Below are positions 54,968-64,000 of a stretch of DNA of 64,000 bases, piece by piece. The notes beneath the pieces are model-generated. The model did no database searches and was not told the origin of the DNA. It saw only the letters and a program-made list of their open reading frames with translations. Source of the DNA: Piromyces finnis finn (taxonomy: Eukaryota > Fungi > Neocallimastigomycota); the NCBI GenBank assembly GCA_002104945.1, contig MCFH01000010.1:124001-188000 (forward strand), in the 5' to 3' direction. The translations under genes and the position numbers were made by a program. Each line of letters opens with the position of its first letter. Position 1 is the first letter of the stretch.

Positions 54968-57900
54968 CCCCTTGGGAACGTGCCTTCATTTATTTAATAA
55001 ATGAAGCTTCTCAAGGGGCTCTACTCATGTTCATGGTACTGAGAGAGTAAAAAAAAATCCAAGTATTGCGCAATGGATGCTTGGTTAGTCTTTAAAGGAA
55101 AATTATAAGGACTAAGCTCATGGTACTGAGTGATTAAAAAACATTTATCCATCGAATTTAAGTTTTTGATGGATAAGTTGAATGTTTGGTATTCAGGTAA
55201 GTTTGTATAGTATTTAATTAGAAGAGTAATACATTTTGTTGCTGTATTTTTCTTTTATTCATGTATTCATGTAGTACTACTCTTCTCTTGTAAGAATCCA
55301 ATGTAGTCAACTTTAGTATTTGCATTGTATTTTTATATTCATGTAGCTATTGTTGTATTATTTCTTGTAAGAGACTGATTCACTCTACATCATGTAAAAA
55401 TACTATTCTCAAGCTTTCTGGTGTCGACATTCTTGATTCAATTTTTTACCAATTTAAATATTTAATGAAAAGTAAAGTCAAATAATTTAGTATCAAAAAG
55501 CGAATCCCAAAACTAGAATTTTTAAAGAAAATTTACAACTAGAATTCAAAAAAAAGAAACTTTAAACAAGTAACAATTTTTGTACTATCTAGTACTTTAA
55601 GAAGAGAGAGACAGATTTTTTCCATATTCGTTATATTTATAATTTTTATTAGTATTTATTTTATATTCAATATTTTTTAATTAGAATTAATTATCATGTC
55701 GGTCCTTTATATTAAAGATAAAAATTATATCAGACGTGGTATCCGGTCTTATGGTATCCTCTTAGATGATATTCGCTCCTTCTTTATCCGTGGTATTCGA
55801 TCATGGTCAGTTAATATGCTATGGGAAAAACTCGAGGTTATTCTGGATGATAAATTTAATTCAGTTATTAGTGTTAAAAGAAGAAACTTTCAGTTACCTC
55901 GATTTCCTTTTCAGCTCGTAGTAGAAGGAATCACAAATACACTTTTTCCACACTCAAACGTAAAATTTTAGTTTCTAATAAACATCAACATTCTATTCAA
56001 CAATCAATTCAACAATCTGTTCCACAATCTCATTAACAATCCGATCTTCAACAAGATCTTCAACAAGTTTCCCATCATGAAAATATTCCAGATCTACAAC
56101 AAACACAATTTCAATCTCAACATTCAACAATTAATTCTAATAGTTCTATCAACTCTGATAACAATTCAATAGTTGATAGTTCTTCAATTTCACAGCCATT
56201 TAGTAATAGTTCTACTTATTCCTCTGATGCATCATCCATTAATAATGATGACTTTAATAATAATAATAATAGCAAAGATTCTTCCTCATCCAACAAGCCT
56301 GATAACTTTTCTTTTTGTCTTAGTTGGAACACCAATGGGTGGAATCACGAAAAGAGAGATAGTATTAGCTATTTCACAGCTATTTTCAAACCATTATTTT
56401 TATGTTTCCAAGAAACTGGTAATGGCTCTGGATCGAATACAGATTATTCTTGTCGTGTTACTTTACGAAACTATAGACATTTTTTCAAGAAAGTTGATGA
56501 ATCAGTTCCTGGAATGAGAAGCTTATATTTAGGTTTTCACAATTCGTGTCAAGCCTCACTTGAAAACTTCTCTGGAAAGTATATTATTTCTATTTATACT
56601 TTTAGTCTTTGGAATAGATTCAAATACTCGATTGGAAATGTTTATATACCTCATAGTCATCACAACATCTATGTTGATCATGCAAAGTTAGAAGTTCGCT
56701 TGTGGTTACAAACTCATTTATCCCATCCATCGATTCTTGTTGGTGATTTTAATATGTCTAAAGTAAAATTATCCAACTGGTTATCAACTAATGGATTAGG
56801 AGATTGGGAAATTCTTCCTCTTAGAGGGTCCACTATCTCTTGGACTCGAGTGATCAATCTTCCGACATTGACCATGCTCTTATCAACTCGAAGATGAAAG
56901 ATCTGATTCATTCAGGATCATTTATAAATAATTTTTATTCAGTATCAGACCATAAGCCACTCCTTATTAATTGTAAAATTATTCCTATGGAAGATTTTTC
57001 TAATGACTTTAATGTTCCTAAGAAAATTCTGAAATGGAATAGATTAAAATGTATTGAGGAAAAGGAATCTATTCTCAGTCATAATAAATTCCAAATTCTT
57101 TCAGCAAAATTCAACGATCCTAATGTTTCTACAGATAAACTTTCCAAAGAGTTTACTTCAACTGCTTTTTCAATTGCAGACGAGCTCAGTATTACCTCAG
57201 CAAATAATGTTATAAAGTCTTCATTTCATATTTCACAACAAATTTTTAATCTTCAAAAAATCAAAATGAAGTTGTATAAGAGATTAAAAAAGAAAGAATT
57301 TATGATATAGATGAATTTATTAAAAGAATTAAAATCTACCGTAAGCTCATCGATTGCATCCACAAAAGATGTAATTAATTTAGGAAACAAGAATATCTTC
57401 ATTGGATTAAAACAGGATGTGAGTATATGAAGAGTCATAATCCTAAGAAGGCCTGGAAATGGATCAAGAAAACTGCAAAAATTGGAAAAGATTCTTTCTT
57501 TATTGCTCAACCAATTAAAGATAAAAATGGAGAATTAGTTGTTGCTACAGAAGAATAACTAGAAGTGTGGCATGATCATTTCGAAACCCTTACATCAGAT
57601 CCAAGTGGTGTAAGTCTTGATTTGGAGCATTGGTATGAAGAACCAACAAATAAACGTTTTTCACTTCCTATGCTTGATGAATAGGATATCAACCAAGATA
57701 TTAGTATTGATGAAGTCAAGTCAGTTATCCTCTCTACTCCAAATTATAAAGCATCAGGTCCGGATGGTATTCTAATTGAATTTTACAAAGCATTAATTCC
57801 ATCAAGTAATGATTCTAATAATGCTACAGATAATATTTCTTCCGGTAATACCACTTCAAATAATGATGTTCATGGGTTAAATTTTTATTCTTAAATTATT

Positions 57901-59804
57901 CAACCTTATTTGGGATGGAGACTTCCCCAGCTCTTGGAATGAATCTAGTATTGTTTCTATTCCTAAAAAGGGAGATTTGACAGATTGTGATAACTATCGA
58001 GGTATATCACTTATCAATAATGGTATTAAGTTGATTTCAAAAATTGTCACCACTAGAATCTCAGAATATGGTTTAAAGAATAATTTCATTAGACCTGAAC
58101 AATTTGGTTTTCGAAAAAAGGAAGAAAGTATCAGTCTTTTCATTTCAATCCAAGAAATATGCCGTAGACGTCAATTAGATAATAAAGAGACATATTTGGC
58201 CTTTTTAGATCTCAGGAAAGCATACGATTCAGTCCCAATCGGTAATATTCTCCATAAATTAGATTGTTTAGGAATCCGAGGTAAGAGTTTACAATTTATC
58301 AAAAATTTATATTTAACATCTAAGGCTAATGTCAAATTAGATGGACAATTCTCGAAATCTTTTGATGTGAAGAAAGGAGTCCGTCAGGGTTGCCCACTTT
58401 CTCCTATTCTCTTTAATCTCTTTATTAATGATATATTTAGAGAGTGCGAAGATCTAGGAGTCAGTTTAGGTGACACTCGATGCTGTGGTGGACTTTTTGC
58501 AGATGATATAGTTATTTGTGCTCAGGTTAGATGTTTTAATAAATGGAAAAACTCAAATTGTATTATCTCATACCTTGTCAATTACATTCCTAAATTTAGA
58601 AAATACACGTGGTGCAAATCAAGTAGGACACTTGATAAAAAATTAAAGAAGCATGGAGATGTTAAAACAGTTAAAAACTTTTATTGGAAAGATCTCAGAG
58701 GGAATTCAATCAAAACACAATATTATGATGATAATAAATTTATTGAAACTAAAGATTTTATCAAATTATGTTATGAGTACCCAGAGTTTGCCTATGACTT
58801 CTACTGGCTATTGAAAGCAAGAAGCGGATACAAGTTGGATGCTAGAGTTGCAAAAGCTGCTAAATTTGTTGATTCAGTTTGTCCTAACTACTGTCCATGT
58901 TGCAAGTGTAGTGTTCAAAGTATTAAGCATTGGTTATTAGATTGTCCAACATTTAGAGATATCCGTATTAAGCATTATGATTCCATAGTCCAGCTATTAA
59001 ATTTTTTCAGTCAACGTAATTCCAACAGTCCTATCAATAATAATGAAAATGTTAATATCAGTAGTGATAGCAATAATATTAATAGTAATAGTAACAATAG
59101 CCATAATAATAGTAACAATAATAATAATAACAATAGTAGTAGTAGAAATAATAATTTTAGTAATGATAGCAATAGTGAAGATAATAATTCTAATTTAGAT
59201 AGTTATTTAGTTAATAATAGTAATAATTCTAATAATCCGGTGAATATTAATGTGTATGATTATTCTAATGTGTGCAGTAAAATATTTAAATTCCTTCTTG
59301 GGGGAAGAAGTTTTAACAATATCAATTACAATTCAAGGGAATGGAAAGAACTTTGCAAGTATCAGATTCATACTGGCACTAACGAAGGAACACCATTCTT
59401 GACGGTAACCGCGGAACTTCTAACCAAAATCATGCCTTTTGCTATTGGCCAGCAATGGTCAATGTTCAAAAGGTTGAAGCAACATCCAAGAGCGTCAATG
59501 CTGAATAAATAGTAAGACAAGCCAGGAGGGCCAGCGGAACCAATGGAGATCATAATTTTGTCTCATGATAAAATTTTGATCTTTGGCTCCGTGTCCCATT
59601 GGAAGTCAAATACAATTATTATACTTTTGTATAATAGTGGCTTTCTTACTTTAATTAAAATTACTAGAATACATTATACCCAATTTTTATTCATTTGTGT
59701 TTATTTAAATATATTTTTTTTTTATTTTTTATTTTTTAATTTTTTATATTACATGTATTATAATTTTAATTAAATTAATAATAAAGTTTAAAATATTTGA
59801 TGCC

Positions 59805-59847
<43 letters not shown>
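54968..59847 (+). mobile_element. Near full-length, inactivated non-LTR retrotransposon (LINE family B): structured 5' UTR, N-terminal ORF region, APE endonuclease, RT, CCHC knuckle, 3' UTR, poly(A)
   Basis: APE motifs LSWNTNG, LCFQETG, GNVYIP, LVGDFN, DIDH and SDHKP (56320-56960). RT motifs KASGPDG, YRGISL, FLDLRKAYDSV, GVRQGCPLSP and LFADD. Knuckle CPCCKCSVQSIKHWLLDC. A40 at 59808-59847. Several stops and frameshifts. The 5' boundary is inferred from the GC and structure shift; no TSD was found. Confidence 0.93.
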
Positions 59848-59848
<1 letters not shown>

Positions 59849-59984
59849 AAGTTATACAACAATAAAAAAAAAGTTAATTTACTTGATATAGTTAAATGAT
59901 AAATTAATGTTATTATAAGACTTAATAATTCATTGTAATATTTTTTAAAACACATTTCTTTTATTTTTATTAGCAAATAATAAT

Positions 59985-60870
59985 GAAATAAAATTCCTTT
60001 ATTAATCTGTATATTCCTACAAGAGATCCAAATATTAAATGAAATTTTGTTTAAATTTAGGAATTACTTGGATTATCCTTATTCGTTTCAGTTATGGAAA
60101 TACCACCAGAGTTTCTATTACTGGTAATATAGTTGCCTGTCTATGCTGCAGTAACAATAAATAATTCTTTCATCATTAAATTTTTCAATGTTTCACATTT
60201 ACTTGATTCAGAACTTCTTCATTCAACTTTCTTTATAATATATATAATAAACCATTTATTACTTACTTCTTGAAAGAAAAGAGTAATAAATATTATTTAT
60301 AACTACAACTACATTTATATGTTCTTTTATAGTGGAACATTAGTTTATAGCAAGCTATAAATCGATCAGGTTTAACAAAAACATTTGAATGAATAGCTTT
60401 AATGGAGTACCATGTTTCTTATATATAGAGATTCTCGAGATTTTTTCTTACTAAAATAATAAAAGCAATCCTTATTATCTGTAGCTCTATGAAGTTATTT
60501 ATTGATAGATTTAGAAAGGCAATATAAAGTAGTAGAGGACGATAATGTGGTATTACAGACATGGTAAAGGGACATAATTAATGTTCCTTTCATAGGATCT
60601 AATGTTAATAATTCAATAAATGAAATAATTGAGAAAATGGGAGAATTTAGAAGCCTCCACACTACTACATCTGATATTCTATATTTTATTTTATTTAATT
60701 TATTTAGTAAGGATAAATCCAATGTAGTTCAAATTACATAGTTCATCAAACTATTACGCAACTCATATAATTTTTATATTTTATAATTATATTTATCTTA
60801 TTTTATTAATATATTAATATATCTAATCTAATGTAATTTTAAAAATTAAATAAATAAATAAATATAAATA
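59985..60870 (+). mobile_element. Old, degraded 3' half of LINE family A
   Basis: Colinear similarity to 41710-42950 (ttaaatttaggaattac-tggatta; aatcgat...acatttgaatgaa-agcttt; gtagctctatgaag-ta-tt-ttgatag-tttag), with stops and an internal deletion. Confidence 0.88.
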
Positions 60871-61667
60871 GTATATTTTTATTGTCTAAAAAAAAAATTA
60901 TATTTTTAAATTTATTTATTGATAAATTCTACATTTCATTTTTATTTTATTACTATATTAAATGTTATTATAATTCGACTAAAATCAATGTTATTATAAT
61001 TGACTCATTAATTTTTGTATTTGAAATAAGAATATTTAATTATAATTTTGTTAATATTTTTATAATTAATATTTAAAATACTTAATATATTGTAATTTAT
61101 TAAAAATAATTAATATATAATTTTAATTTTTTTTAATTTTTGATTTATGATTTATAAAGAAAAATGAATTATTCTAATATAAAAAACCAAACAAATTACT
61201 TTAATAAAATCTTTAAATAATTCATTGTAAATAATAAATTAAAAATAATCATATAAAATAAAATACATCCCAATTTCATACGAAAAAAAAAAAATTATGT
61301 ATATATATATCCACCAAATAATTTAATATTTTTATTATTCCTTACAATTCAACATTTTCATAATATATATTTTTTACTATCAGAAGTTTTTAAAATTCCA
61401 TATAATCTAAATTGAAATTAAAACTTTCAATTATTATCAATATATATATAGACATATATTTTTATCTTTTAATATTATATTTGTAAAGAAAGAAAGAAAA
61501 TTAATATTAAACAATATAATTAAAAGGATATAATTGGCACTATTTAATTCATAAAATTTCAAAAAAATCATTAAAAAAAAAACTTTTTATATATAAAAAT
61601 AAACAAAGTAAATTTCATATATAATAAACGAGTGTGTAATTTTTTGAACTATTTATAATAATTGAAA

Positions 61668-62084
61668 ATGGCTAAAGCAAAAAATATGTCCGAACAAGAA
61701 ATACTTAGTATTTCGAAAAAAATGTTCTATGGAGGTTTTGTATTTCTACCATGGTTATGGTTAGTCAATTGGATATATTTTAATCCAGTATTAAAACAAA
61801 GACCAGGATTGTCAAAAAAAATTCATTTCTGTAAATATCAATTTTTTTTTTTTTTTTCTTTTTTCTTAAAAATTCATTTACGAAATTTATTAATATGTAT
61901 AATTAATTATAATAATTTTATTTTATGTTATTTTTAAAAAAATATTTCAGATGTTAAATGGTCTTTTATAGGAGCTTCTGTATGGGCTGTTTTATTAGCT
62001 ATATGGATAATAATATTTCAAACAAATAGAATTAAATGGGGTTATAAAATAGATGGTTTTTATGTTTATGTACCAAAAGGATAA
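61668..62084 (+). CDS. PEN2: Gamma-secretase subunit PEN-2 (presenilin enhancer 2); exons 61668-61830, 61951-62084
   Basis: Spliced: MAKAKNMSEQEILSISKKMFYGGFVFLPWLWLVNWIYFNPVLKQRPGLSKKIHFYVKWSFIGASVWAVLLAIWIIIFQTNRIKWGYKIDGFYVYVPKG*. It has the PEN-2 signatures GF-x-x-LP-x-LWLVN and a terminal D-x5-P-x-G. Confidence 0.92.
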
Positions 62085-62911
62085 TAATTCAAATTTATAT
62101 GTATATATAAATTTGAATTATCTAATTAATTAATTAATGCATATAGAATAAGAAATCCAGTGAAAAAAATAATAATACATAATAAAAATTTTTGTTTATT
62201 TCCCAAGGATTATATATCTATAAATGTAAAAAATATTTATAAATGTTATTATCTATACATAATAAAAATTTCATTAATGCAATAATTAACAATTAAACGC
62301 TATATCTATACAACATTATTTATAATTATTTTAGATATAGAAATTATTGTTACATAAATAATACATCTTAAGTTTGAAAATTTAAGCATTTAAATAAATA
62401 TATGCTTATATCTAAATAAAGTAAAATAAATATACATTTTTAAGTTACTAATATAAAAATATATAACTATTAATATAACAATAAAATAAAAAATTAAAAA
62501 TTAAAATCAATTCTTTTACAACTTTTTTTCTATAATATCTCTTCTGAAGTTTTATTATGAAGTATTATTATTTATTCTTCATTCTAATATAATAAAATGA
62601 AAGAAAAAAAGTTTTATAATTAATTTTAAAATAATACTTATATTATTTTATATAATATACATAAAATCAATATTATTATTTTTTTAATATTAATATTTAA
62701 ATGTATTCAAACGTAAATCAAAAATTACTTAAATTACTTCAATAAAGAATTTACTAGTTAATCTAAAACATTACATATATATATATTAATTCTATTTAAA
62801 TAAAAAAAGTTTATCAAAAATTATGAATTTACAATTAATAGTAAAAATAATAATATCATAAAAAATATAATAATATACATTATTATATTATAATTTCAAT
62901 AATAGTAATAT

Positions 62912-64000
62912 TTATTGCTTTAATTTTTTTTGTTGTGGAAAGCTGATGGACGTTGTTTGACTTTCATATTTTCTTTTACGATTTAATAAATAATTGTCAA
63001 ATTTTGAATTACGGATAGTAATATTAGAATAAGATGATGAAGAAGAATTTTCATTATAAGATTCTTCTTGTTCATAACAATCATTCTCATTATTTGCGTT
63101 ATCTATTTTTATAAAAAAATATAAATATTTAGTTTATTAATAATTATAATTTTAATTATTAATATATAATAAACACATATACTAGATAAATATAATACCT
63201 TTATTATATATAGTTTTTGTTTGGTAGTCTTCAGCTTTAATATTTATACAATTTTCAGATTTCTTATTGATAGTATTATTTTTTGAAGAATCTTTTAAAT
63301 TGTTAATTTCTTCCTTGGGTATATTATGATATTTTTTATCAAAAGATTCTAACTCTACATTTGGAATAATTAATATGGATTGAGATTCTGAATTAGTAAT
63401 ATTTGTATCTTGACTGCTTTTATTGTTCATTTTTTCATCTCCTGACTCCTTTTCTTTCTTTATTTTGGCATCATTATCAACAGATGGTGGAGTTAAAATA
63501 TTTAAATTATCATATAATTTCATATTTATATTTCTATATGATAGGGTATTATATTTTAACTCTTTATTCATCTGTAGAGAATCATTTGTTGAATCATTAT
63601 GAATATTTTCAATGCTTTTATTATTGTTATTATTATCAAATGTTGTTATATTGGAAATAATGTTGTTGGTTGTTTCTGAATTATTTTCTGGGTATAATGT
63701 ATCATTATTTTTAGTATCCATGTTTTGAGGTACTGAGGTAGAAATTTCTGATAAACTAGATTGTACTCTACGAAAATCAGGATAATGAATTCTATTGATA
63801 TAGCTTTCATAACTTGGTGCACGTGATCTACGACGACGGTAATGTGCAGAAGGGGCATAAAGAGTATAATCTTCTCTAAGGGAGGATGAATTTGATATTA
63901 TTGGTGAAGAATTTTCAGAATTAAAAGAATGATTAGTAATGTTTTCATCTTGTTCAATTGTTTCATCATTTTCAATTTCTTCTTCTTCTTCTTCTACACT
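62912..64000 (-). CDS. 3' part of an unidentified low-complexity protein running off the window end; exons >64000-63199 and 63102-62912
   Basis: The frame is open from the window edge (SVEEEEEIEND...HYRRRRSRAPSYESYINRIHYPDFRRVQSS...). A phase-1 intron leads to a last exon ending NRKRKYESQ...QKKLKQ* (NLS-like). Confidence 0.75.

Overview
Extremely AT-rich, intron-rich eukaryotic DNA. The composition, short GT-AG introns, (AAT)n tracts, a CotH gene and LRR exon arrays point to an anaerobic gut fungus (Neocallimastigomycota); this assignment is an inference. All gene models were built by hand from splice sites and reading frame, with no database searches. Housekeeping genes: BET/Bdf1, Lsm8, a Crz1-type C2H2 factor, Bdp1, an Acinus-like protein, an HDAC8/Hos1-like deacetylase, Rab GDI and gamma-secretase PEN-2, plus two uncharacterised genes. 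Two non-LTR retrotransposon families are present. Family A has copies at 40.4-43.0 kb and about 60 kb. Family B has copies at 55.0-59.8 kb and about 14 kb. The most notable feature is a head-to-head pair of chimeric surface proteins separated by about 750 bp. One is a signal peptide + degenerate CotH kinase + multi-TM GT2 polysaccharide synthase (minus, 45618-49896). The other is a signal peptide + exon-per-repeat LRR array + bacterial-type clan GH-A hydrolase + TM anchor (plus, 50650-54528). The ORF track shows both only as unconnected pieces. Other highlights: an orphan symplekin last exon split by a LINE with a rearranged 5' end, a 55-nt LINE tail nested with a 12-bp TSD in an older copy of its own family, and a multi-hairpin 5' end on the family B element.
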